Of a stretch of DNA of 64,000 nt, positions 40,238-49,317 are shown one piece after another (the stretch's first letter is position 1; each line of letters begins with the position of its first letter). This DNA is from Anaeromyxobacteraceae bacterium (GTDB taxonomy: Bacteria; Myxococcota; Myxococcia; Myxococcales; Anaeromyxobacteraceae), in assembly GCA_032654565.1 (NCBI GenBank), contig JAULAX010000010.1, positions 32,001 to 96,000 on the forward strand, written 5' to 3'. Made by a program: the position numbers and the translations under genes. The notes below the pieces were generated by a model. It saw only the letters and a list, made by a program, of their open reading frames with translations. It searched no databases and was not told where the DNA came from.

Positions 40238-43200
40238 ATGACGGTCCCGTTCCGCAGGGTCATGGCCGCCAACCGCGGCGAGATCGCCATCCGCATCTTC
40301 CGGGCCTGCACCGAGCTGGGCATCCAGACGGTGGCCATCTACTCGGAGGAGGACCGGCTCTCGCTGCACCGCTACAAGGCGGACGAGGCCTACCTGGTCG
40401 GCAAGGGCAAGGCCCCCATCGACGCCTACCTCGGCATCGAGGAGCTGGTGGGGCTGGCCAAGCGGCTGGAGATCGACGCCATCCACCCCGGCTACGGGTT
40501 CCTCTCCGAGAACGCCGACTTCGCCGAGGCCTGCGAGCGGGCCGGCATCGTCTTCATCGGCCCCACCGCCGACATGCAGCGGAAGCTGGGCGACAAGGTG
40601 GCGGGGCGCAAGGCGGCCACCGCCGCCGGGGTGCAGGTGGTGCCGGGCACCGCCGAGCCGGTGCTGCACGACGAGGAGGCGCTGGTCTTCGCCCGCCAGC
40701 ACGGCTACCCCATCATCGTCAAGGCGGCCGGCGGCGGCGGCGGGCGCGGCATGCGCGTGGCCCGCAACCAGAAGGAGCTGCTGGAGGGGCTGACCAGCGC
40801 CAGGAGCGAGGCCAAGGCCTCCTTCGGCAACGCCGCCGTCTTCCTGGAGCGGTACATCGAGCGGCCCAAGCACATCGAGGTGCAGGTGCTGGGCGACCAG
40901 CACGGCAACCTGGTGCACCTCTTCGAGCGCGACTGCTCGGTGCAGCGGCGCCACCAGAAGGTGGTGGAGTTCGCCCCCTCGCTGGCCATCACCCCGGCCC
41001 AGCGCGAGGCCATCTGCGGCGACGCGCTGAAGATCGCCCGCTCGGTCGGCTACCGCAACGCCGGCACCTGGGAGTTCCTGCTCGACCAGGAGGGGCGCCA
41101 CTACTTCATCGAGGTCAACCCGCGCATCCAGGTGGAGCACACCGTCACCGAGCTGGTGACCGGGCGCAACCTGGTGCAGGCGCAGATCCTGGTGGCCCAG
41201 GGGAAGAAGCTCTCCGACCCGGAGATCGCCATCGGCAGCCAGGCCGACGTGCAGATGCGCGGCTTCGCCATCCAGTGCCGCATCACCACCGAGGACGCCC
41301 AGAACGGCTTCGCCCCGGACTACGGGGTGCTCAAGGCCTACCGCTCCCCGGGCGGGGCCGGGGTGCGGCTCGACGCCGGCTCGGCCTTCGGCGGCGCCGT
41401 CATCACCCCGCACTACGACTCGCTGCTGGTCAAGGTCTCCACCTGGGGGCTGCGCTTCGACGCCGCCGCCAGCGTCATGCGCCGCTGCCTGGCCGAGTTC
41501 CGCATCCGCGGGGTCAAGACCAACATCCCGTTCCTGGAGAACGTGATGCGCCACAAGGTCTTCCTCGAGGGCCGGTGCGACACCTCCTTCATCGAGGCCC
41601 ACCCCGAGCTGATGGTGGTGCCGCAGAAGAAGGACCGGGCCACCCGGCTGCTCAAGTACCTCTCCGAGGTCACCGTCAACGGCTCGCCCGGCGTGGCCCG
41701 GCCGCTCAAGCCCACCGAGCTGCGCGAGGCGCGGGCGCCGCAGGTCGACCTGACCCGGCCGCCGCCGCCCGGCACCCGGCAGATCCTCGACCAGCGCGGC
41801 CCCGAGGGGCTGGCGAAGTGGGTGCTGGAGCAGAAGGGGCTGCTCTTCACCGACACCACCATGCGCGACGCCCACCAGTCGCTGCTGGCGACCCGGGTGC
41901 GGACCCACGACCTGCTCAAGATCGCCCCGGCCACGGCGCGCCTCGGCGCCGGCCTCTTCAGCCTGGAGTGCTGGGGCGGCGCCACCTTCGACGTGGCCAT
42001 GCGCTTCCTGCGCGAGGACCCCTGGGCCCGGCTCCACGCGCTGCGGGCCGAGATCCCCAACGTCCTCTTCCAGATGCTGCTGCGCGGCTCCAACGCCGTC
42101 GGCTACACCAACTACCCCGACAACGTGGTGGAGAAGTTCGTCCACGAGGCCGCCACCAGCGGCGTCGACGTCTTCCGCGTCTTCGACTCCCTCAACTGGA
42201 CCAAGGGCATGACGGTGGCCTGCGAGGCGGTGCGCAAGGAGGACAAGGTCCTCGAGGCGGCGCTCTGCTACACCGGCGACATCTCCGACCCCACCCGCAC
42301 CAAGTACCCGCTGGCCTACTACGTGAACCTGGCCAAGGAGCTGGAGCGGATGGGGGCCCACATGCTGGCCATCAAGGACATGGCCGGCCTGCTCAAGCCC
42401 TTCGCGGCCGCGCAGCTCGTCAAGGCGCTCAAGCAGGAGGTGGGCATCCCCATCCACCTGCACACCCACGACACCGCCGGGGTCTCGGCCGCCACCATCC
42501 TCGAGGCCACCCGGGCCGGGGTGGACGTGGTCGACGCCGCGCTCTCCTCGCTCTCCGGGCTGACCGCCCAGCCCAACCTCAACTCGCTGGTGGCGGTGCT
42601 GGCCGGCAGCGAGTGGGACTCCCGGCTGGACCAGGACGGCCTGCAGCAGCTGGCCAACTACTGGGAGGGGGTGCGCGAGTTCTACGCGCCCTTCGAGTCG
42701 GGGCTGAAGAGCGGCACCGCCGAGGTCTACCGCCACGAGATCCCGGGCGGCCAGTACTCCAACTACAAGCCGCAGGTGGCCGGGCTGGGCCTCCTCGACC
42801 GGTGGGAGGAGTGCAAGGACATGTACCGGAAGGTGAACCTGCTCTTCGGGGACCTCATCAAGGTCACGCCCTCGTCCAAGGTGGTGGGCGACATGGCCAT
42901 GTTCCTGGTGAAGAACAACCTGCAGCCCGAGGACCTCTTCACCGAGAAGGGGAGCGACCTGGCCTTCCCGGAGTCGGTGGTCGGCCTGGCCAAGGGGATG
43001 CTGGGCCAGCCCTACGGCGGCTTCCCGCCGGCGCTGCAGAAGATCATCCTCAAGGGGGTCGAGCCCATCACCTACCGGCCCGGCGAGCTGATCGAGCCGG
43101 CCGACCTGGAGGCGGAGCGCGCCAGGGCCGTCGAGAAGACCGGGGCGCCGGTGGACGACAAGGCCCTGGCCTCCTGGCTGCTCTACCCCAACGTCTACCC

Positions 43201-43684
43201 GGAGTTCGCCCGCCACCGCGAGGAGTTCTCCGACACCTCGGTGATCCCCACGCCGGTCTTCTTCTACGGCCTGGAGCCGGGGCAGGAGACCAGCATCGAG
43301 ATCGAGCCGGGCAAGACGCTCATCGTCAAGCTGGTGACGGTGGGCAAGCTGCACGCCGACGGCACCCGCGACCTCTACTTCGAGCTGAACGGCGAGGGGC
43401 GCACCGTGACCGTCCGTGACCAGGCGGCGGTCAGCGGCGCCGCGGTCCGGCAGAAGGCCGACAAGGGGAACGCCGCCCACGTGGCGGCCCCCATGCCGGG
43501 CAAGGTGCTCAAGGTCCTCGTCAAGGCCGGCGACAAGCTGAAGGCCGGGGCGGTGCTGATGGTGACCGAGGCCATGAAGATGGAGACCAACGTCAAGGCC
43601 AAGGCCGACTGCATCGTCGCCGAGGTGAAGTTCAAGGAGGGTGACAAGGTCGAGAAGGAGGACCTGATCATCGTCCTGGCCTGA
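40238..43684 (+). CDS. pyc: Pyruvate carboxylase
   Basis: ANRGEIA, HPGYGFLSE, ERDCSVQRRHQK, RDAHQSL, WGGATFD, IKDMAG, HLHTHDT, EAMKME. Confidence 0.98.
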   Translation: MTVPFRRVMAANRGEIAIRIFRACTELGIQTVAIYSEEDRLSLHRYKADEAYLVGKGKAPIDAYLGIEELVGLAKRLEIDAIHPGYGFLSENADFAEACERAGIVFIGPTADMQRKLGDKVAGRKAATAAGVQVVPGTAEPVLHDEEALVFARQHGYPIIVKAAGGGGGRGMRVARNQKELLEGLTSARSEAKASFGNAAVFLERYIERPKHIEVQVLGDQHGNLVHLFERDCSVQRRHQKVVEFAPSLAITPAQREAICGDALKIARSVGYRNAGTWEFLLDQEGRHYFIEVNPRIQVEHTVTELVTGRNLVQAQILVAQGKKLSDPEIAIGSQADVQMRGFAIQCRITTEDAQNGFAPDYGVLKAYRSPGGAGVRLDAGSAFGGAVITPHYDSLLVKVSTWGLRFDAAASVMRRCLAEFRIRGVKTNIPFLENVMRHKVFLEGRCDTSFIEAHPELMVVPQKKDRATRLLKYLSEVTVNGSPGVARPLKPTELREARAPQVDLTRPPPPGTRQILDQRGPEGLAKWVLEQKGLLFTDTTMRDAHQSLLATRVRTHDLLKIAPATARLGAGLFSLECWGGATFDVAMRFLREDPWARLHALRAEIPNVLFQMLLRGSNAVGYTNYPDNVVEKFVHEAATSGVDVFRVFDSLNWTKGMTVACEAVRKEDKVLEAALCYTGDISDPTRTKYPLAYYVNLAKELERMGAHMLAIKDMAGLLKPFAAAQLVKALKQEVGIPIHLHTHDTAGVSAATILEATRAGVDVVDAALSSLSGLTAQPNLNSLVAVLAGSEWDSRLDQDGLQQLANYWEGVREFYAPFESGLKSGTAEVYRHEIPGGQYSNYKPQVAGLGLLDRWEECKDMYRKVNLLFGDLIKVTPSSKVVGDMAMFLVKNNLQPEDLFTEKGSDLAFPESVVGLAKGMLGQPYGGFPPALQKIILKGVEPITYRPGELIEPADLEAERARAVEKTGAPVDDKALASWLLYPNVYPEFARHREEFSDTSVIPTPVFFYGLEPGQETSIEIEPGKTLIVKLVTVGKLHADGTRDLYFELNGEGRTVTVRDQAAVSGAAVRQKADKGNAAHVAAPMPGKVLKVLVKAGDKLKAGAVLMVTEAMKMETNVKAKADCIVAEVKFKEGDKVEKEDLIIVLA

Positions 43685-43741
43685 TCGGGCGGCTGGCGGA
43701 TTCGGTGGCGCCGCCGGGCCCGGCGCGGCAAGCTTGGCCAC

Positions 43742-44710
43742 ATGACCAAGGCCATCAGGATCCAGCAGGCGGGCGGCCCCGAGGTGATGCGGCTCGAGGA
43801 CGTCGAGGTGGGCGCGCCCGGGGCGGGCGAGGCGCGGGTGCGCCACCAGGCCATCGGCGTCAACTACGTCGACATCTACCACCGCAGCGGGCTCTACCCG
43901 CTGGCCATGCCCAGCGGGCTCGGGGTCGAGGCGGCCGGCGTGGTCGAGGCGGTGGGCCCCGGCGTCACCGTGGTCAAGCCGGGCGACCGGGTGGCCTCCA
44001 TGGCCGGCCCGGGGGCCTACGCCGAGGCCCGGCTGCTGCCGGCCGACCGGCTGGTGGTGGTGCCGGCCGCGGTGGGCTTCGACCTGGCCGCCGCGGCGCT
44101 GGCCAAGGGGCTGACCGCCCACATGCTCCTCACCCGGGTCCACGCCGTGAAGGCAGGGGAGTGGGTGGTGGTGACGGCGGCCGCCGGCGGGGTGGGGCAG
44201 CTGCTGGTGCAGTGGCTGGCGGCGATCGGGGCCCGCGTCATCGGCGTGGTCGGCTCGGCCGGCAAGGCGGAGCGGGTGCGGGCGCTGGGGGCCGAGGCGG
44301 CGCTGGTCACCGGCGTCGACGACGTGCCGGCGCGGGTCAAGTCGCTCAGCGGGGGCGGGGCCCGGGTGGTCTACGACTCGGTCGGCGCCGCCAGCTTCGA
44401 CGCCTCGCTCGACTGCCTGGCCCCCTTCGGCCTGATGGTCACCTACGGCAACGCCTCGGGGCCGGTGCCGCCCATCGACGTCGGCCTGCTCTCCCGCAAG
44501 GGCTCGCTGGCGGTCTGCCGGCCCACCGTCTTCCAGCACATCGCCAGCCGGGTCGACCTGGAGGCGGCGGCGGGCGCGCTCTTCGCCATGCTGGGCTCGG
44601 GCAAGGTGCAGGTGGCGGTGGGCGGCCGCTGGCCGCTGGCCCAGGCGGCCGAGGCCCACCGGGCGCTGGCCTCGCGGGCCACCACCGGCTCGCTGTTGCT
44701 GATCCCCTAG
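43742..44710 (+). CDS. qor: Quinone oxidoreductase (MDR/zeta-crystallin family)
   Basis: GGPEVM, GVNYVD, AAAGGVG, VVYDSVG, YGNASG, TTGS. Confidence 0.92.
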   Translation: MTKAIRIQQAGGPEVMRLEDVEVGAPGAGEARVRHQAIGVNYVDIYHRSGLYPLAMPSGLGVEAAGVVEAVGPGVTVVKPGDRVASMAGPGAYAEARLLPADRLVVVPAAVGFDLAAAALAKGLTAHMLLTRVHAVKAGEWVVVTAAAGGVGQLLVQWLAAIGARVIGVVGSAGKAERVRALGAEAALVTGVDDVPARVKSLSGGGARVVYDSVGAASFDASLDCLAPFGLMVTYGNASGPVPPIDVGLLSRKGSLAVCRPTVFQHIASRVDLEAAAGALFAMLGSGKVQVAVGGRWPLAQAAEAHRALASRATTGSLLLIP

Positions 44711-44740
44711 CGCGCCGGGCCCGGCCCGGCGCGGGGGCGG

Positions 44741-45157
44741 TCAGCGGCCGGAGATGTAGGTGTTGAGCTGCTCGATGACGAACTGCTTCTCGTCGAGCAT
44801 GAGCGCGATGATGTCGCGCATCGAGACCAGGCCGACCACCTCGCCCCCCTCCTCGACCAGCAGGTGGCGGGTGGTGTGATCCCGCATCAGCGCCGCGCAC
44901 TCGGTCTCGGTGGCCTCCGGGGTCACCCGGGGGAGCGGCCGCGCCGCCTCGCCGACCGGCAGCGAGCCGTCGCCGCCGCCGGCCACCACCGCGATCACCA
45001 GGTCACGCTCGGTGACCAGCCCGGTGAGCCGGCCGTCGACCCGGATGCCGATCGAGCCGATCTTCTTCTCGGCCATGAGCCGGGCCGCCTCCCGGCAGGG
45101 GACGTCGGCTGCGAGGGTGACGACCTTGCGTGCCACGTGCTTCCGGATGCTGGACAT
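44741..45157 (-). CDS. CBS domain protein
   Basis: AARLMAEKKIGS..GLVTERD; HLLV..VGLVSMRD. Confidence 0.9.
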   Translation of the reverse strand: MSSIRKHVARKVVTLAADVPCREAARLMAEKKIGSIGIRVDGRLTGLVTERDLVIAVVAGGGDGSLPVGEAARPLPRVTPEATETECAALMRDHTTRHLLVEEGGEVVGLVSMRDIIALMLDEKQFVIEQLNTYISGR

Positions 45158-45384
45158 GGGGCCTCCGCGTCTGGTTGGTGAGGGGGTGGTTACGCCGGGG
45201 AGGACCCGGCGCCACCAAAAGCGACACCCCGGACGGGATTCACGTCCACGGGGCCGGGGGCGCCCGCGGGGCGGGCCCGGGGCGCAGCGAGGTCGCCCAG
45301 GGCAGGCAGGACTCCCGGTGTGGAGGCGTCGCCCGAGCGCGGGACTCGTCTTCCGGACGGGTCGGCAGTAGCTTGCTGCAGCCC

Positions 45385-45780
45385 GTGAGCCGCCCTTCGC
45401 GCATCCTGGTCGTCGACGACAACCTCCCGCTCCGCCTGATGGTGGCGCAGGCGCTCGAGGAGCACGGCTACGTGACGGTGGCGGCGGAGTCCGGCGAGGC
45501 GGCGCTGGAGGCGGCCGCCTTCGAGCCGCCCGACCTCTGCGTCATCGACTTCTTCATGCCGGGGATGAGCGGGGCCCAGCTGATCCGCGAGCTGCACGCC
45601 TCGCCGGACGCCCGGCTGCGGAGGGTGCCGGCCATCGGGCTCACCGCCTACGAGAGCGGCGAGCGCGAGCTGCTGGCGGCCGGCGCGGCGGTGGCGCTGC
45701 GCAAGCCCTGGAGCGAGGCGGCGCTGCTCGACGCCGTGTCCCTCCTGCTGGCCGGGTCGGCGCCGACCCCGCCCGGGTAG
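45385..45780 (+). CDS. Single-domain response regulator
   Basis: ILVVDD, D..MPGMSG, LTA, KP. Confidence 0.88.
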   Translation: MSRPSRILVVDDNLPLRLMVAQALEEHGYVTVAAESGEAALEAAAFEPPDLCVIDFFMPGMSGAQLIRELHASPDARLRRVPAIGLTAYESGERELLAAGAAVALRKPWSEAALLDAVSLLLAGSAPTPPG

Positions 45781-45809
45781 TCGGCCCTGCGGCTCACCCC
45801 GGCCGCTCC

Positions 45810-46085
45810 TCTGGCGGCCGCGGCCCGCTCGTCGGAGGCCACCACCGCCATGGTGAAGGACTGCCGGGTCGGCACGTCGAGCTGCGAGATGGAGAAGCGC
45901 AGGAAGCTCTGCACGATGAAGCCGCCGGCGAAGGCGTCGACGGCGAAGAGGCCGGCCAGCCGCAGCACGGTGGCCCGGGAGCGGTGGAGGCCTCGGTGGA
46001 GCACCAGCACCACCGAGAGCGCGCCGTAGGCGAAGAGGCGCAGCACCCGGGTGGCGAAGAGGAGGGCGACGTCGCGGCGGTCCAC
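45810..46085 (-). pseudogene. Internally deleted MFS transporter remnant
   Basis: Three fused MFS-like blocks: LFATRVLRLFAYGALSVVLVL / GLHRSRATVLRLAGLFAVDAFAGGFIVQS / LRFSISQLDVPTRQSFTMAVV..ERAAA; only ~90 codons. Confidence 0.7.
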
Positions 46086-46090
46086 CGGCG

Positions 46091-46843
46091 CTACCCGATC
46101 CCGGTCCCGGCGCGGCGGGGGGCCAGCCAGAGCTCGGCCTGCCCGACGGCGAAGGGGACGGCCTGGTCGACCCGGAGCGGGCGTGGCCCGAGGGTGACCG
46201 GCGCGAAGCCTCGCCGGGCCAGCGCGTCCGCCTCGTAGGGGGTCCAGCCGCCCTCGGGCCCGATGGCCAGGGTGACACCGCCGGAGGAGGGCGGCGCCAG
46301 GGCCGCCAGCGGCGCGGTGGCCGCCGGGTCGAGGAGCAGCCGCGCCGGGCCGAACAGGGCGTCGAGCTCGTCCTCCACGAACGGCTTGAAGAGCCGACGC
46401 AGCAGCACCTCGGGGAGCACGGTGTCGCGCCCCTGCTCGAGGCCGAGCCGCAGCTCCTCGCCGAGCGCCTCCGGGGCCAGCAGCTGCGACCCCCAGTAGG
46501 CCTTCTCCACCTTCCAGCTCCCCACCAGCACCAGCCGCTTCACCCCCATGGCGCCGACCGCCTGGAGCACCTTCCTGAGGATCTTGGAGCGGGGGAGGGC
46601 CAGCAGCAGCGTCACCGGCGAGGGGGCGGGCGGCGCGGCGCCGAGGGTGGCGCGCAGGGCCAGCGCCTCCTCGCTGCAGGCCAGCACCTCGGCGGTCCCG
46701 AGCCGCCCCCCCACCACGCCGACGGCGATGGTCTGGCCGGCCCGGCAGCGCAGCACCTCCCGGGCGTGGCGAGCCCGCCGGCCGTCGAGCCGCGCCTCGC
46801 CCCCGGCGTCCAGCTCCGAGGGCTCGAGGAGGAGGAGGTTCAC
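46091..46843 (-). CDS. rsmE: 16S rRNA m3U1498 methyltransferase
   Basis: HAREVLR, LEQGRDT, AIGPEGGW, LGPRPLRV. Confidence 0.92.
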   Translation of the reverse strand: MNLLLLEPSELDAGGEARLDGRRARHAREVLRCRAGQTIAVGVVGGRLGTAEVLACSEEALALRATLGAAPPAPSPVTLLLALPRSKILRKVLQAVGAMGVKRLVLVGSWKVEKAYWGSQLLAPEALGEELRLGLEQGRDTVLPEVLLRRLFKPFVEDELDALFGPARLLLDPAATAPLAALAPPSSGGVTLAIGPEGGWTPYEADALARRGFAPVTLGPRPLRVDQAVPFAVGQAELWLAPRRAGTGIG

Positions 46844-46916
46844 GCCGCCGGAGGGTGGCCCGGGCCCGGGCCCGAGTCAACCAGCGCCGCCGCGCCCGTC
46901 GCGCTACACTGGAGCC

Positions 46917-47270
46917 ATGGCACGCCAGGCCGCTCCACCGGGCTCGACCCTGATCTCGGTGCTCTTCAGCACCTTCCCGCTCGACCCGACGCTGGCCGCC
47001 ACGCTCCACCTGGCCGCGGTCGACCTCTACCGCCGCGACGTCGGCGCTGGCCCGGTCGCCGGCGACGTCATCTCCGGGCGGGTCGTCAACCTGAAGAAGA
47101 GCCTGGCGCTGGGCGCCATCGCCGGGCCGGCCTTCGAGGCCGAGATCGACACCGCCCGCGGCAGCGGCAAGGTCCGCTACCTGCTCACCCGCCAGGGGCT
47201 CGACCTGCTGGGCGTGTCGCCGCCGCCGCACCGGGCGACCCGCGGTGGGAAGCGCGAGTACCTGAACTGA
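46917..47270 (+). CDS. Hypothetical protein (117 aa)
   Basis: Strong GC3 codon bias from ATG 46917; followed by a hairpin. Confidence 0.7.
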   Translation: MARQAAPPGSTLISVLFSTFPLDPTLAATLHLAAVDLYRRDVGAGPVAGDVISGRVVNLKKSLALGAIAGPAFEAEIDTARGSGKVRYLLTRQGLDLLGVSPPPHRATRGGKREYLN

Positions 47271-47337
47271 CGCCGGCCCTGCCCGGCCGCGGTGACCGGG
47301 CCAGGCGGGCCGCGCCGCGAGGGCCCCCCGGAACGAG

Positions 47338-47369
47338 GAAGCCCCCCGGCCTGGCGGCCAGGGGGCTTC
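47338..47369. terminator. Hairpin between convergent genes
   Basis: GAAGCCCCCCGGCC-tggc-GGCCAGGGGGCTTC; no long U tract. Confidence 0.6.
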
Positions 47370-47388
47370 GGACCGCGCCGAGGGCGGG

Positions 47389-47997
47389 CTACTTCTTCTT
47401 GGCCGGGGCGGCCGGAGCGGCCGGCTTGGCGGCGCCGGCGGCCGGGGCCGCCTTGAGCACCCGGTTGCCGGTCTCGTCCATCGAGGTGAAGAGCGAGGCG
47501 CGGGTGGCGACGGTGCTGGCGTCGGCCTTGATGGGGTGACAGACGGCGCAGAAGCCGTCCATGCTCTGGCCCTTGGCGCCGGTGTCGACGCGCAGGTACT
47601 TGAAGTTGGGGTTGGACGGGTGCGGGTCGTGGCAGCCGAGGCACTCGAAGCGCCCGCCGTCGCGGAGCAGCTCGCCGGGGACCTTGGCGATCTTCGGGTC
47701 GACGTTGGCGAGGCCGTACGGGTGGCTCATGTTGGCGTGGATGGGGGCGTAGCCCTGGCCGCCCTTGCCCGACTCCTCGTGGCAGCCGAGGCAGAGGGCG
47801 GTGGTGCCGCTGAAGGCCTGCTTGGTCTTGGGGTTGACGCCGGACTTGTTGGGCGCCACGGCGAAGATGATGTCGCCCTTGGCGGTGTGGATGGAGTGGC
47901 AGCCGACGCAGCCGACCGAGTCGTGGCCGCCAGCGGCGAAGGCGGACAGGGGAGCGGCGAGGGCGAGGGCGAGGAGGAGACGCGAGGCGCGAGGCAT
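47389..47997 (-). CDS. Periplasmic tetraheme c-type cytochrome
   Basis: Signal peptide; CVGCH, CLGCH, CLGCHDPH, CAVCH. Confidence 0.9.
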   Translation of the reverse strand: MPRASRLLLALALAAPLSAFAAGGHDSVGCVGCHSIHTAKGDIIFAVAPNKSGVNPKTKQAFSGTTALCLGCHEESGKGGQGYAPIHANMSHPYGLANVDPKIAKVPGELLRDGGRFECLGCHDPHPSNPNFKYLRVDTGAKGQSMDGFCAVCHPIKADASTVATRASLFTSMDETGNRVLKAAPAAGAAKPAAPAAPAKKK

Positions 47998-48148
47998 GGG
48001 TGCTCCGGGGGGACAGCGGTCCCTGCTTGGGGGATGAGGTCGAAAACGGCGGGACTCTAGTGGTTCCGATCGACCCGTCGCCTTGACGTGGGACAAGCGA
48101 TCCGGTCAACGGGCGTTTTCCGGTGGTCCCTGGGCTATCCTCGGCCCC

Positions 48149-48883
48149 GTGGACCACCTCCGCATCGTCCTGGTCCGGCCCCGCAACCCGGAGAACCTCG
48201 GCGCCGTGGCCCGCGCCATGCGCAACTTCGAGCTGGACGACTGGGCCATCGTCGAGCTCGGCACCCACGACTTCGCCACGGCGAGGCGGGTGGCGGTCCA
48301 CGCCGAGGAGCTGCTCGACCGGCCCCGGCTCTGCGCCACGCTCGACGAGGCGGTCGCCGACTGCGCCTGGGTGGTGGGCACCAGCGCCCGCAAGGTGCGC
48401 GGGAAGCACCGGCTGGGGCCGGAGGAGGTGGGGCGGGAGGCGCTGGCCCGGCGCCCGGGACGGACCGCCATCGTCTTCGGCGACGAGCGCAGCGGCCTGA
48501 CCGGCGCCGAGATCGACCGCTGTCACGACCTCTCCGCCATCCCCACCGGCGCCGCGCAGCCGTCGCTCAACCTGGCGCAGGCGGTGCTGCTCTACGCCTG
48601 GGAGGTCCGCCGGGCCGGGCGGGGCGAGCCGGCGGCGGGGCGGCCGGAGGGGCGCGCCCCCTCGGCGAAGCGGGGCGCCGGCGCCCTGGCCACCGACGCC
48701 CAGCTGCAGGCGGTGTCGGCGGCGCTCCGGGACCTGCTCCGGGCCGGGAAGTTCCTGGCCGGGCCGGAGCGCCACGCGGTGCAGGACCTGGCCGACGTGC
48801 TGCGGCGGGGGCAGCCCTCGCCCCGCGAGGCCAGGCTCTGGGAGACGGCGCTGAAGGCCGTCGGCAAGCGGCTGCCGGGGTGA
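48149..48883 (+). CDS. TrmJ/LasT-family RNA methyltransferase
   Basis: LVRPRNPENLGAVARAMRNF, GTSAR, FGDERSGL, SLNLAQAV. Confidence 0.92.
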   Translation: MDHLRIVLVRPRNPENLGAVARAMRNFELDDWAIVELGTHDFATARRVAVHAEELLDRPRLCATLDEAVADCAWVVGTSARKVRGKHRLGPEEVGREALARRPGRTAIVFGDERSGLTGAEIDRCHDLSAIPTGAAQPSLNLAQAVLLYAWEVRRAGRGEPAAGRPEGRAPSAKRGAGALATDAQLQAVSAALRDLLRAGKFLAGPERHAVQDLADVLRRGQPSPREARLWETALKAVGKRLPG

Positions 48884-48936
48884 CGGGGCGGGGCCCGGGT
48901 CGGGCCAGGCGGCCGGCGCCGCGGTAGAAGGGTGGC

Positions 48937-49287
48937 ATGACCGGGACCTTCAGCTGGATCGATCACGGCGCCGAGCGGCGCTTCCACCTCGACCCGCCCG
49001 GCGAGCCGGGCGGTCGCTACCTGGCCGTCCGGCGGGTCAGCGGCGACGACGACTGGACCGCCGCCTGCGTGCTGGCGCCGGGCGAGGCCGAGCAGGAGAT
49101 CGGCGACCACCTCGGCGACGCCTCCATCGCCGAGGACGCCATCCTCAAGTACGCCATCCAGTCGCTGGCGCGGCGGCACGGGGTCTCACCGGCCCCGGGG
49201 ATGCCCGACGAGGAGGCCGGCGAGGCGGAGCTGGTCATCGCCCGCCTCTGGAAGGCGCTCACCAACCGCTGGGCGCCCCGTCCCTGA
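48937..49287 (+). CDS. Hypothetical protein (116 aa)
   Basis: Codon bias, fills the gap; no motif recognised. Confidence 0.65.
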   Translation: MTGTFSWIDHGAERRFHLDPPGEPGGRYLAVRRVSGDDDWTAACVLAPGEAEQEIGDHLGDASIAEDAILKYAIQSLARRHGVSPAPGMPDEEAGEAELVIARLWKALTNRWAPRP

Positions 49288-49317
49288 GCGTCCCCGCGCT
49301 CGCGGCGTGGGCGGTGG

